Below are positions 11,901 through 24,856 of a stretch of DNA of 64,000 nt, one piece after another; position 1 is the stretch's first letter; each line of letters starts with the position of its first letter. The position numbers and the translations under genes are program-made. A model generated the notes under the pieces. It was not told where the DNA came from and searched no databases. It saw only the letters and a program-made list of their open reading frames with translations. Source of the stretch: Anaeramoeba ignava BMAN (taxonomy: Eukaryota; Protista; Anaeramoebae); assembly GCA_028826165.1 (NCBI GenBank), contig JAPDFW010000012.1:22393-86392 (forward strand), read 5' to 3'.

Positions 11901-13698
11901 CATTGTTGTTTCTGACCAATCTTGCCATCGTTGTTCAATTTGATTTTTTAATGCTTGATTGTAGTTCAATATCACTTCAATTTGTGAAAATATTGAACGA
12001 ATTTGTTCTCGATTTAAAATATTTGTTGCTTCTCTTAGTGGTTGAAGAAATACTTTCACGAGAATATTCAAGTTTTCAACATATACTTTTTCTGTTTCGT
12101 AAATTTCATGAGCAATTTCTCTTCTTTTTTTTATCATTTTGTCCTTCATTTCTTGTGTGAGTTCAATTTTATTTTCCTTTAATTTTTCACTATTTTTTAT
12201 AATTTTATTTTCCTTTAATTTTTCACTTGATTTTTCATTATTTTTTATAATTTTATTTTCTTCCAATTTTTTAATTTTCTTTTCCTTTAATTTTTCACTT
12301 GATTTTTCATTATTTTTTTAATTTTATTTTCCTCTGATTTTTCACTTGATTTTTCATTATTTTTTATAATTTTATTTTCCTTTAATTTTTCACTTGATTT
12401 TTCAGTATTTTTTATAATTTTCCCATCAATTGTTTGCTTTCTAATTTTTAAAGCTCCTCTTTCAATAACTCTTTCCATTCCTCTTTGTGATCTTTTCTTA
12501 TAGAGATGAATATTACTATTATCAGCTTCTTTTTTTTGATTTTGAATTTTTTCTTCCCAAATTGATAAATTTAATTTAAGATTTTGTGATTCACTTGATT
12601 CACCCTTTAATATTTGATCAATAATATCTCTATTTGGTTTATTTTCCACTTTTGCACTTAAACTTCTACGAAGAGCACTAGTTGTTGTTTTTTCAATTGA
12701 TTTTAAATTGAGATTTTCTTCTTGATTTTGATTTTGATTTTGATTTTGTTGAATTTCTGAAATTTCATTTTTTGAAAAACTTTCAATTGGTTTTTTGATT
12801 AATTTTGTTCTTCTTATTCTTGTTGGACTGATAGATTTATTAATATTTTTATTTTTTGTTTTTTTTGGTTTTGTTTCATTTTGATTTTGATTTTGATTTT
12901 GATTTTGATTTTGATTTTGATTTTGATTTTGATTTTGATTTTTATTTTGATTTCTAGTTGGAAAAATTGGTGATTTTGGAGTTGTTTCATCTTTTTTTTC
13001 AATAAAACGAATTAAAGACCAAATTAAACCAAGAATTCTTTTGGAATTTCCATCAGCAACATCTTTATAATTTTAATTTTAATTTTAATTTTTAATTTTT
13101 AATTTTAATTTTAATTTTAATTTTAATTTTAATTTTAATTTTAATTTTAATTTTAATTTTAATTTTAATTTTAATTTTAATTTTAATTTTAAATAATTTT
13201 AATTTTAATTTTAATTTTAATTTTAAATTTTAATTTTAATTTTAATTTTAATTTTAATTTTAATTTTAATTTTGATTTTAATTTTAATTTTAAATGAATT
13301 TTAATTTTAATTTTGATTTTAATTTTAAATTTAATTATTTTAATTTTGAAATTTGGAATTTTATTACCATTTGGACTACAAGTTATTGGAATTCCTTTTT
13401 TTTGAAGAAAAGTAAAAATTATTGAAGAATTTTCAATTTTTTGAAATCTTTGTTTTGGATTTTTTGAATATTTAAAATGAACATCAAATAATTCTTCAAC
13501 TAAATTAACTAATAAAACTCCACTTTGAAAATCTGTTTCAAAATTATCCATTTGCAAATTTCTTCTGCTTAAATATCTATTTGTCCATTCAGTAAATTTC
13601 TAAAAAATAAAAAAAAATTTTTTTTAATAATTTTTATAATTTTTTAAATGAAAAAAAAAAATAATTAATACTTGAATTTGAATTGAATCCCAACTCAT
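5943..13698 (-). CDS. Giant RhoGEF: CH domain - DH - PH - PH - (KQDL)n repeat - (SK)n - PH - acidic tail; at least 3 introns and several frameshifts in repeats
   Basis: Spliced exons give a CH domain (MSWDSIQIQ|KFTEWTNRYL...DFQSGVLLVNLVEEL...|DVADGNSKRILGLIWSLI). DH motifs EIYETEKVYVENL and FLIMPIQRIPRYVLLLEDLLKNT; PH RRFVREGKL...SWIVAI; a further PH at about 6530-6800 (KQGNLYRF...FEITTFDRTYIFKCDSYSEMKEWINLL). Introns at about 13671-13600, 13366-13063 and 10925-10341. Confidence 0.85.
7148..9669 (-). repeat. Coding 12 bp minisatellite (AAACAAGATTTA)n encoding (KQDL)n with KQEI/KQDS/KQET variants
   Basis: Long near-perfect tttaaatcttgt repeat, in frame with the RhoGEF on both flanks and interrupted at about 8990-9390 by unique motif repeats. 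Confidence 0.9.
10370..10915. repeat. Intronic 16 bp tandem repeat (TAAATTTATTTTGAAT)n
   Basis: Fills the RhoGEF intron between donor GTAACT (about 10925) and acceptor AAG (about 10341). Confidence 0.9.
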
Positions 13699-13877
13699 TT
13701 ATTTTTGAATTTAATTTTGAATTTATTTTTGAGTTTAATTTTGAATTTAATTTTTGAATTTATTTTTGAATTTATTTTTGAATTGATTTTTGAATTGAAC
13801 TTTAAAGAAAAAATGAAAAAAATGAAAAATTTTTTTTAATTTTTTTTTTCATTTTTTTTTTCATTTTTTTTTTGATC
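13699..13877. promoter_or_regulatory. Compact bidirectional promoter (RhoGEF / NOL10) with back-to-back TTTCATTT initiator-like motifs
   Basis: About 180 bp between divergent ATGs, with aaatgaaaaa repeats at 13811-13830 and ttttcatttt at 13846-13868. Confidence 0.55.
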
Positions 13878-16085
13878 ATGTCATTAAAAATTACTTCAGC
13901 AACAAATGATATAAAAGTTTATAATATTACAGCAGGAAAAAAATTTCCTGATTGGATTTCTGAAAAAAAGCGAAAACAACTCAAAAAAGATCCTGAATTT
14001 TTAAAAAGAATTTCTTTAATCCAAGATTTTGAGTTTCCGATTTCAAGTCAAAAAATAAAGGTGTCACCAGACCAAAAATACATATGCGGCACAGGCATTT
14101 ATCAGCCTCAGATGAGGATGTTTGATCTTCATGATCTCTCAATGAGATTTGAACGGCATGTTGATTCAGAAATAGTGAATTTTCAATTTCTCAGTGAAGA
14201 CTGGACAAAACTAGTTTTTATTGAAAGTGATCGGAATATTGAGTTTCATGCGAGATATGGAGCCCATTATAAAACTCGGATCCCAAAATTCCCAAGGGAT
14301 TTATGCTACAATTCTTACAATTGCGATTTATATGTATCCGCAAGTGGAAATGAAGTCTATCGCTTGAATTTGGAACAGGGAAGATTCCTTCGCCCCTTTT
14401 CGGTCAGTAATTCCAACGCTGTGAATTCTGTGGCTTGGAATCATATGCACCAATTGTTGGGATTCGGTTGTGATGAGGCAGTGTGTGAGTTTTTTGATCC
14501 ACGAGCAAGAAAACAAGTTTCCTTTTTAAAAGTTTCAGAAAATCCAACTGAAAATATTTCCAAATTAGTTTTTCATCCTGATAATATGCTCAAAATGGCA
14601 ATAGGAACAACCACTGGACTTGTATATCTTTATGATATTCGAAGTTCAAATCCAATTCTTGTTAAAGATCATCAATATGAATTACCCATTCAAAATATCA
14701 TGTTTCAATCGGACAAAATTTTAAGTTCTGACGAGAAAATATTGAAGATATGGAACGAAAATGACGGAGAAATTTACACTGCGATTGAGCCAGAGGAATC
14801 CATTAATGATTTCACGTTGTTTCCAAATTCAGGATTAATTATAATTGCAACTGAAAATCCAAGAATCCAAGCTTATTATATACCCGAGCTTGGACCTGCT
14901 CCAGCTTGGTGCTCCTTCTTGGAAAACTTAACAGAGGAACTTGAAGAGCAAGACTCTATGGCTGTCTATGATGACTATAAGTTCGTCACAAGACCTGAAC
15001 TGGCCAATTTGGGACTTACTCATCTTATTGGTAATTTTATTTCCTAAAACATACCTCCAAACAACCCTTTAATCACTAACACTTCTATTTCATTCACCTC
15101 GTTTTTTCTTTTGTTTCATCCCTTTTTATGCCTGCTTTTGTTTCTTCTTTTTTTATAGGTACTAAATATCTTCGTGCTTATATGCATGGTTTTTTTATGG
15201 ATTTGAAACTTTATTCAAAAGCTATTTCAATTGCTAATCCTTTTGCTCTTTCTGAATATCGAAAGAAAAAGATCCAGGAGAAAATCAGAACAAGAGCAAT
15301 CAAGTCGTATTTCAATTCGCACTAATTCGCAAAATGTTAATCCCCAACTTATACAAAAGGCTCTTGATAATAAACAAAGTGCTGCTGCTGCTGCTTTAAC
15401 TGATCAAAGATTTTTAAAACTTTTTCAAGATTCCAATTTTCAAATTAATCAAAATGCAGAAGAAAATCGTGCCAAACATGTGATTAAACTTGATGATGAT
15501 TCTGATGATGAAGAAGATTATAATAAAAACCATGCTAATAAATTGAAGAGGTTGAAAAAATCGAAATCAAATTCAAAATTAAATTCAAATTCAAATTTAA
15601 AATCAAATTCAAATTCAAATTCAAAATCAAAAGATTCAAAATTAAATCCAAATTCAAATTTAAAATCAAATTCAAATTTAAATCCAAATTCAAATTTAAA
15701 AGATTCAAAAAATTCGGATAAAAATTTTCAATTAATTCCAAAACAAAATTTTAAATCCGAAATTTCTTTTTTAAATACTCAACAAGACCTTCAAAAACAA
15801 AAAAATCATGATTCTTCAAAAAATTTATCTTTTGAAACTTTATTAAAAGTTAAAAAAAAACCTGTTTTGAAATCTCGTTCTTCTATTGGTCCAAAACAAA
15901 TTACAACTAAAATACCAAAAGAAAAAGAAAATCAAAAAGAAAATCAAAAAGAGAATCAAAATCAAAAAATGTTTTCTTTAGCAAAAAGTGAAATTGGAAT
16001 TAAATCAAAATCACATTCAAAATCAAAATCACATTCAAAATCAAAATCAAATTCAAAAAGAAGAATAAATAAGAAAAGAAAATAA
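13878..16085 (+). CDS. NOL10: Nucleolar protein 10 / Enp2 (WD40 ribosome biogenesis factor); intron 15031-15158 and a frameshift near 15285
   Basis: Motifs RISLIQDFEFP, TGIYQPQMRMFDL, RLNLEQGRFL, IPELGPAPAWCSFLENLTEELEE and YDDYKFVT; the splice restores HLIG|TKYLRAYMHGFFMD. Confidence 0.95.
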
Positions 16086-17070
16086 TTAATTTTTAAATCT
16101 TATTTATAAAAAATAATTAGAAATAGATTTTAATTCAAAATCAAGAATAAATAAGAAAAGAAAATGATTTTTTTTTAAATCTTATTTATAAAAAATAATT
16201 AGATATAGATTTTAATTCAAAATCAAAATCAAAATCAAAATAAATCAAATTAAGAAAAGAAAATAATGATTAATTTTTAAATCTTATTTATAAAAAATAA
16301 TTAGAAATAGATTTTAATTCAAAAAGAAGAATAAATAAGAAAAGAAAATAATTAATTTTTAAATCTTATTTATAAAAAATAATTAGAAATAGATTTTAAT
16401 TCAAAATAAATCAAATCTTATTTATAAAAATAATTAGAAATAGATTTTAATTCAAAAAGAAGAATAAATAGGAAAAGAAAATAATAAATTTTTAAATCTT
16501 ATTTATAAAAAATAATTAGAAATAGATTTTAATTCAAAATCAAAATCAAATTCAAAATAAATCAAAATAAGAAAAGAAAATAATAATTAATTTTTAAATC
16601 TTATTTATAAAAAATAATTAGAAATAGATTTTAATTCAAAAAGAAGAATAAATAAGAAAAGAAAATAATAAATTTTTAAATCTTATTTATAAAAAATAAT
16701 TAGAAATAGATTTTAATTCAAAAAGAAGAATAAATAAGAAAAGAAAATAATAATTAATTTTTAAATCTTATTTATAAAAAATAATTAGAAATAGATTTTA
16801 ATTCAAAAAGAAGAATAAATAAGAAAAGAAAATGATAATTAATTTTTAAATCTTATTTATAAAAAATAATTAGATATAGATTTTAATTCAAAATCAAGAA
16901 TAAATAAGAAAAGAAAATAATTAATTTTTAAATCTTATTTATAAAAATAATTAGAAATAGATTTTAATTCAAAAAGAAGAATAAATAAGAAAAGAAAATA
17001 ATAATTAATTTTTAAATCTTATTTATAAAAAATAATTAGAAATAGATTTTAATTCAAAATCAAAATCAAA
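16050..17070. repeat. Tandem array (about 11-12 copies, mostly ~80-110 bp) whose unit contains the last NOL10 codons, the stop codon and the 3' flank
   Basis: The unit aattcaaaaagaagaataaataagaaaagaaaataattaatttttaaatcttatttataaaaaataattagaaatagatttt first occurs inside the CDS (NSKRRINKKRK*). Confidence 0.9.
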
Positions 17071-17182
17071 ATAAAAATAGAATTAAGGGAAAATTTCATT
17101 CATTTTTTAAAACAAATTGAAAAAAAAAAATTTCATTCTTTTTCTTTTTCTTTTTCTTTTTCTTTTTGTAAATTTTTTTAAA

Positions 17183-17563
17183 CTAATTTGATAAACTATC
17201 ATCAGCAAGTGCTCCTGAATCTGTTTCTGATTCTTTTTTTGGATCAGTTTTTTTAAAAATTATAACTTTTTGTTGAGGTTTTTTTCTTAAAAAAGGAGGA
17301 GGATATTTTGGTTTTAATTTTTCAGGAAAAAATTCAAATTCATTTCCAGATTCACTTTCAGTTACTTTTTCATCTTGTTTTGGTAAAGAAGAATCAGAAC
17401 TAAATTGTTGTTGTTTTTTAAAAGAAAATTCATTTAAAAATTGATTTTTTTGAATTTTAATTTTCTTTTGATTTTCATTTTCAGAAATATTTTCACTTAA
17501 ACTAATATCAGCTTCAATTTGTTCATTTGAAGAATCATTTAAATTTAAATTATCTGAATTCAT
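17183..17563 (-). CDS. Hypothetical 126 aa, probably disordered protein
   Basis: Non-repetitive ATG-to-TAG ORF with coding-like composition and a TCATTT-type motif upstream (about 17596). I recognise no family. Confidence 0.55.
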   Translation of the reverse strand: MNSDNLNLNDSSNEQIEADISLSENISENENQKKIKIQKNQFLNEFSFKKQQQFSSDSSLPKQDEKVTESESGNEFEFFPEKLKPKYPPPFLRKKPQQKVIIFKKTDPKKESETDSGALADDSLSN

Positions 17564-17739
17564 TTTTATTATTTAAAAAAAAAAGAAAAGAAAAAAATGA
17601 AAAAAAATTTTAAATTTTTTAATTTTTTTATTTTATTTTTCATTAAACAAAAAAAATTATTAAAAAAAAATTTAAAAAGAAATTTTCTTCTTTTTAATTT
17701 TTGTTAATTTTTTGTTAATTTTTGTTAATTTTTTTAATT

Positions 17740-18051
17740 TTAAACTCCATAACCATAAACTGTTTTTCTTTGTCTTCTTAATGCATAAACAATATCAATT
17801 GTTGTAACTGTTTTTCTTTTTGAATGTTCTGTATAAGTAACTGCATCTCTAACAACTGATTCAAGAAATGATTTTAATATTTTTCTTGTATCATCATAAA
17901 CTTGACTTGAAATTCTTTTAACTCCTGCTCTTCTTGCAAGTCTTCTAATTGCTGGTCTTGAAACTCCTTTTGCAATTTCTTTCATTGATTCTTTTCTTTT
18001 TTTTCCTCCTTTTCCCATTCCTTTTCCTCTTCCTTTTCCTTTTCCTGACAT
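17740..18051 (-). CDS. H4: Histone H4, divergent variant
   Basis: 103 aa with [32 protein letters not shown] and YALRRQ; many substitutions against canonical H4. Confidence 0.97.
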   Translation of the reverse strand: MSGKGKGRGKGMGKGGKKRKESMKEIAKGVSRPAIRRLARRAGVKRISSQVYDDTRKILKSFLESVVRDAVTYTEHSKRKTVTTIDIVYALRRQRKTVYGYGV

Positions 18052-18244
18052 TTTTTAAATTAATAATAATAATAAAAATATTTAAAATAAAAATAAAAAA
18101 TGAAAAAAAAAATTAAAAAAAAATATTCTTTTTATAATTTTTTTTAATCAAATATTATCCAATAATTTTTTATTTTTTATTCTTTATAAATTCAAAATTT
18201 ATTGGATAATATTGTTTCTATTTTTTTAAAAGAATATTTTATTA

Positions 18245-21200
18245 ATTTTATATAAATAATTTTAATTATTTTAATAAATAATTTTACATAAATTTAATTT
18301 AAAAATATAATTTAAAAATAAAATATAAATTAATATATAAATCAAAAACTATTTAAAATAATCAATATAAATTAAATAAAAAGTGAATATTTTTAATTTA
18401 AAAATATAAATAATTTTAATTAATTTAATAAATAATTTTACATAAATTTAATTTAAAAATATAATTTAAAAATAAAATATAAATTAATATAAATCAAAAC
18501 TATTTAAAATAAAATATAAATTAAATTTTAATTTTTAATTTAAAAATATAAATAATTTTAATTATTTTAATAAATAATTTTACATTAATTTAATTTAAAA
18601 ATATAATTTAAAAACAAAATATAAATTAATATATAAATCAAAACTATTTAAAATAAAAGATATAAATTAAATAAAAAGTAAATAATTTTTAATTTAAAAA
18701 TATAAATGATTTTAATTATTTTAATAAATAATTTTACATTAATTTAATTTAAAAACATAATTTAAAAACAAAATATAAATTAATATATAAATCAAAACTA
18801 TTTAAAATAATCAATATAAATTAAATAAAAAGTAAATAATTTTTAATTTAAAAATATAAATAATTTTAATTATTTTAATAAATAATTTTACATTAATTTA
18901 ATTTAAAAATATAATTTAAAAACAAAATATAAATTAATATATAAATCAAAACTATTTAAAATAATCAATATAAATTAAATAAAAAGTAAATAATTTTTAA
19001 TTTAAAAATATAAATAATTTTAATAATTTTAGTAAATAATTTTACATTAATTTAATTTAAAAATATAATTTAAAAACAAAATATAAATTAATATATAAAT
19101 CAAAACTATTTAAAATAATCAATATAAATTAAATAAAAATATGAATATTTTTAACTTTAAAAATATAAATAATTTTAATTAATTTAATAAATAATTTTAC
19201 ATAAATTTAATTTAAAAATATAATTTAAAAACAAAATATAAATTAATATATAAATCAAAACTATTTAAAATAATCAATATAAATTAAATAAAAAGTGAAT
19301 ATTTTTAATTTAAAAATATAAATAAATTTAATTATTTTTAATAAATAATTTTACATAATTTAATTTAAAAAATATAATTTAAAAACAAAATATAAATTAA
19401 TATATAAATCAAAAACTATTTAAAATAATCAATATAATTTAAATAAAAAAGTAAATATTTTTAATTTAAAAATATAAATAATTTTAATTATTTTAATAAA
19501 TAATTTTACATAAATTTAATTTAAAAATATAATTTAAAAACAAAAATATAAATTAATATATAAATCAAAACTATTTAAAATAATCAATATAAATTAAATA
19601 AAAAGTGAATATTTTTAATTTAAAAATATAAATAAATTTAATTATTTTAATAAATAATTTTACATAAATTTAATTTAAAAATATAATTTAAAAACAAAAA
19701 TATAAATTAATATATAAATCAAAAACTATTTAAAATAAAAGATATAAATTAAATAAAAAGTAAATAATTTTTAATTTAAAAATATAAATGATTTTAATTA
19801 TTTTAATAAATAATTTTTACATTAATTTAATTTAAAAACATAATTTAAAAACAAAATATAAATTAATATATAAATCAAAACTATTTAAAATAATCAATAT
19901 AAATTAAATAAAAAGTAAATAATTTTTAATTTAAAAATATAAATAATTTTAATTATTTTTAATAAATAATTTTTACATTAATTTAATTTAAAAATATAAT
20001 TTAAAAACAAAATATAAATTAATATATAAATCAAAACTATTTAAAATAATCAATATAAATTAAATAAAAAGTAAATAATTTTTTAATTTAAAAATATAAA
20101 TAATTTTAATAATTTTAGTAAATAATTTTACATAAATTTAATTTAAAAATATAGTTTAAAAACAAAAATATAAATTAATATATAAATCAAAACTAATTAA
20201 AATAAAAGATATAAATTAAATAAAAAGTGAATATTTTTAATTTAAAAAATATAAATAATTTTAATTATTTTAATAAATAATTTTACATAAATTTAATTTA
20301 AAAATATAATTTTAAAACAAAAATATAAATTAATATATAAATCAAAAACTATTTAAAATAATTAATATAAATTAAATAAAAAGTGAATATTTTTAATTTA
20401 AAAAATATAAATAATTTTAATTATTTTAATAAATAATTTTACATAAATTTAATTTAAAAATATAATTTAAAAATAAAATATAAATTAATATATAAATCAA
20501 AACTATTTTAAAATAATCGATATAAATTAAATAAAAAGTAAATATTTTTAATTTAAAAATATAAATAATTTTAATTAATTTAATAAATAATTTTACATTA
20601 ATTTAATTTAAAAATATAATTTAAAAACAAAATATAAATTAATATATAAATCAAAACTATTTAAAATAAAAGATATAAATTAAATAAAAATGAATATTTT
20701 TAATTTAAAAATATAAATAATTTTAATTATTTTTAATAAATAATTTTACATTAATTTAATTTAAAAATATAATTTAAAAATAAAATATAAATTAATATAT
20801 AAATCAAAACTATTTAAAATAAAGATATAAATTAAATAAAAATGAATATTTTTTTAATTTAAAAATATAAATAAATTTAATTATTTTAATAAATAATTTT
20901 ACATAAATTTAATTTAAAAATATAATTTAAAAACAAAATATAAATTAATATATAAATCAAAACTAATTAAAACAATTAATATAAATTAAATAAAAAGTAA
21001 ATAATTTTTAATTTAAAAATATAAATAAATTTAATTATTTTAATAAATAATTTTACATAAATTTAATTTAAAAATATAATTTAAAAATAAAATATAAATT
21101 AATATATAAATCAAAACTATTTAAAATAAAAGATATAAATTAAATAAAAAAGTAAATATTTTTTAATTTAAAAATATAAATAAATTTAATAATTTTAATA

Positions 21201-21410
21201 AATAATTTTACATAAATTTAATTTAAAAATATAATTTAAAAATAAAATATAAATTAATATATAAATCAAAACTATTTAAAATAAAGATATAAATTAAATA
21301 AAAAAGTGAATAATTTTTAATTTAAAAATATAAATAATTTTAATTATTTTAATAAATAATTTTACATAAATTTAATTTAAAAATATAATTTAAAAACAAA
21401 ATATAAATTA
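18245..21410. repeat. Extremely AT-rich satellite, about 21 copies of a ~154 bp unit
   Basis: The anchors ttttacat and aaatcaaaacta recur about every 154 bp from about 18283 to 21362. Confidence 0.95.
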
Positions 21411-21450
21411 AATTTGGATTTTCTAAAGTTTTTATTGATTTAATTTTCTT

Positions 21451-23788
21451 TTATTTTCTTTTATTTTCTTTTAAATCCTTTTTACTCCTTTTAATTAAAG
21501 AGTTTTGAGATTGATTCTTTTTCATCATTTCCATTTTTTCTTTTCTCTTTTTTTCTCTTCTTCTTTTAGATTTTTGAATTTGTTTAATTGCTTTGTTTTT
21601 CTTTCTTTCTCTTTTATTAGATAAAATTTCAATAGCTTTTTTATTTTCAATTGAAAATTCAACAATTGGTATTTTATTAGATCCAAATATTTGATGATTA
21701 TTATTCAAAAATCTTAAAGTTTTTAGAGCATTTTCATGTTTAAAAAATGAAACAAATCCAAATCCACGTGATTTTTGGCGTTCTTTATCTCTTAAAATTT
21801 TAATTGATTGAATAATTTTATTTTGATTTTGATTTTGATTTTGATTTGATTTTTGATTTGATTTTTGATTTTGATTTTGATTTGATTTTTGATTTGATTT
21901 TTGATTTGATTTTTGATTTGATTTTTGATTTGATTTTTGATTTGATTTTTGATTTGATTTTTCTGAATTATCATTTTCAAAATATAATTCAATTATTTGT
22001 CTTAGTTTACTTTCATCAACATTTGAAGGAATATTACGAATCATTAAACGAGTTTTTGAAACAAAATAATCTTCATTTTGAAGTTTTTTCTTCTTTTCCA
22101 TTGTTGCTTTATCTCTTTTTTCTTGATCTATTTGACTTAAAGAATTATATGCTTCACTTCCTTTAGGAATATCACCTTCAAGAGCTAAATATAAATTTCT
22201 TCCATCATCCTTTAATTCATTTTCTTTTTTCTTTTCTTCAAGTTGTTTTTTTGTTATTGCTTGATTAACAATTACTGGTCTATCAAGAACAGTAAATTTT
22301 TGGTTTATCATTGAATTTGTTATTTTTGATACTTTTTCCTTCCATTTTTTGGATTTTTTCTTTTTGGTTGAACTTGTTTCATTTTCTTTTTCTTTTTCTT
22401 TTTCATTTTCATTTTCTTCTTTTTGAGTTATTTGTAAAACTGAATCAGAATCTTTTTTATTAAAATATTTAATAAAAGCTGTTCCTTTTGATAAACCAGT
22501 TCTATTATCCATAACAATATAAACAGATTCAATTTCTCCGTATTGAGAAAATGAATCTTCTATGTCTTCTTCTGTTGCTTGATATGGAATATTTCTAACA
22601 AATATTGTTCTTGATAATTCTTCTTCTTTTTTATTTTGATTTTGATTTTCATTTTCATTTTGATTTTTATTTTCATTTTCATTTTCATTTTGATTTTGAT
22701 TTTCATTTTCATTTTGATTTTCAATTTGATTTTCATTTTCATTTTCATTTTCATTTTCATTTTCATTTTCATTTTCATTTTCATTTTCATTTTCATTTTC
22801 ATTTTCAATTTCAATTTCATTTTCATTTTCATTTTGATCTTCAATTTGATCTTGATTTTCTTGATTTTCTTGATTTTTAAAATCTTCTTTTGGTAAAGCT
22901 TTGTCAATTGCAATTGTTCTTCTTCCAATTTTACTAAAATTTAACTTCGAAATTGCTTCATTTGCTTCTGATTCTTTTGAATACTTAATAAAAACAACTC
23001 CTTTTAATTTTTTAGGAAAATGAATTTCAATAATTTCTCCAAATTGTTTAAAAATTGTTTTGATCCTCTTTTCTTTAATACTAAAAGGAAGATTTCTGAC
23101 AACAATTCTTGCAAAATTTGGATCTTTGATTTTATCAGTTGATTCTTCTTGTTCTTTAATATTTTGAATTGTTTTATTGTTTTTAAATGGTTGATTTTCT
23201 TGAAGAACATTTTCTAAAACTTTCAAACTTTGATTTTTTTCTTTTGCCAATGATTCTTGATTAATTTCTTCATGAAAATCTTCATCTTCTTCATAATCTT
23301 CTTCATAATCTTCATCATTTTCTTTGAATTTTTGATTGATTTTATTTTTATTATTTTTATTATTTTTATTTTTATTTTCTTTTTCAATTTGTTGTTTTTT
23401 TGGTGAAATTTTCTTTTTTTCTTTTTTTGATGGATTTTTATCTGCTTTTTCAATTTTAATTTGTCTTCCTTGAAACTTTGAATTATGAAGAATTTGAATA
23501 GCTGATTCAACTTCATTTTTATTTGTACTTAAAATTAGAAAAAAAAAATTTTTTTTAAAATTAAAAATTAAAAATTAAAAATTGAAATTAAAAAAATTTT
23601 TTTTAAATTTAAAATAAATACAATTTAACAAATCCAAATCCTCGACTATTTCCTTGTTTATCAGTTGCTATTGCTGCATCTCTTACAGTTCCAATATCTG
23701 AAAAATATTCTAAAATATCATTTTTTGTTGATTTTAATGGTAAATTTCTAATAAAAAGTGTATTTGAATCTATTCTAAATTGAGACAT
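21451..23788 (-). CDS. RBM28: RNA-binding protein 28 / Nop4 (four RRMs), one intron at about 23621-23528
   Basis: RRM1 (TLFIRNLP...SRGFGFVKF) is in an exon missed by the ORF track; further RRMs RIVVRNLPF and TIFVRNIPY..SKGTAFIKY; D.RNLYLALEG; FVSKTRLMIRNIP..KSRGFGFVSFFKHENALKTLRFLNN..PIVEFSIEN. Confidence 0.93.
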
Positions 23789-23824
23789 TTTTTTTTTTGA
23801 AAATGAAAAAAATGAAAATGAAAA

Positions 23825-24840
23825 AAATTAAAATTCATTTATAAAATTAATATTAAAATTCATTTATAAAATTAAAATTAAAATCGGATAAAAATAAAAA
23901 TTAAAATTAAAATTAAAATAAAAATTAAAATTAATTTATAAAATTAATATTAAAATCAAAATTAAAATTAAAATTAAAATTAAAATTAATTTATAAAATT
24001 CATTTATAAAATTAAAATTAAAATTAAAATTAAAATTAAAATTAAAATTAAAATTAAAATTAAAATTCATTTATAAAATTAAAATTAAAATTCAAAATTC
24101 AAAATTAAAATTAATATTAAAATCGGATAAAAATTAAAATTCAAAATTAAAATTAAAATTAAAATTAAAATTAAAATTAAAATTAAAATTAAAATTCATT
24201 TATAAAATTAAAATCGGATAAAAATTAAAATTAAAATTCATTTATAAAATTAAAATAAAAATTAAAATTAAAATTAAAATCGGATAAAAATTAAAATTAA
24301 AATTAAAATTAAAATTAAAATTAAAATTAAAATTAAAATTAAAATTAAAATTAAAATTAAAATTAAAATTAAAAATTAAAATTAAAATTCATTTATAAAA
24401 TTAAAATTAAAATTAAAATTAATATTAAAATTAATTTATAAAATTAAAATTCATTTATAAAATTAAAATTCATTTATAAAATCAAAATTCATTTATAAAA
24501 TTAAAATCGGATAAAAATTAAAATTAAAATTAATTTATGAAATTAAAATTAAAATAAAAATTAAAATTAAAATTCAAAATTAAAATTAAAATTAAAATTA
24601 AAATTCAAATCGGATAAAAATTAAAATTAAAATTAAAATTAATTTATAAAATTAAAATCGGATAAAAATTAAAATTAAAATTAAAATTAAAATTAAAATT
24701 AAAATTCATTTATAAAATTAAAATTAAATTAAAATTAAAATTAAAATTAATTTATAAAATTAAAATTAAAATTGTAAATTTGAAAATGTTTATTCCTTTG
24801 AAAAAAATCGGATAAAATTGAAAAAAAATCGGATAAAATG
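23825..24840. repeat. (AAAATT)n satellite with embedded words ATTCATTTATAA and ATCGGATAAAA
   Basis: Seen directly; atcggataaaa at about 23883, 24122, 24213, 24279, 24507, 24609, 24657, 24807 and 24828. Confidence 0.9.
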
Positions 24841-24856
24841 GAAAAAAGAAAGAAAA

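Noticed and set aside
17640-17740. Histone 3' stem-loop
   Set aside because: No GC-containing 6-bp stem with a 4-nt loop is visible downstream of the H4 stop.
23825-24780. Interstitial telomere
   Set aside because: The unit AAAATT has no G-rich strand, and the same repeat fills ordinary introns.
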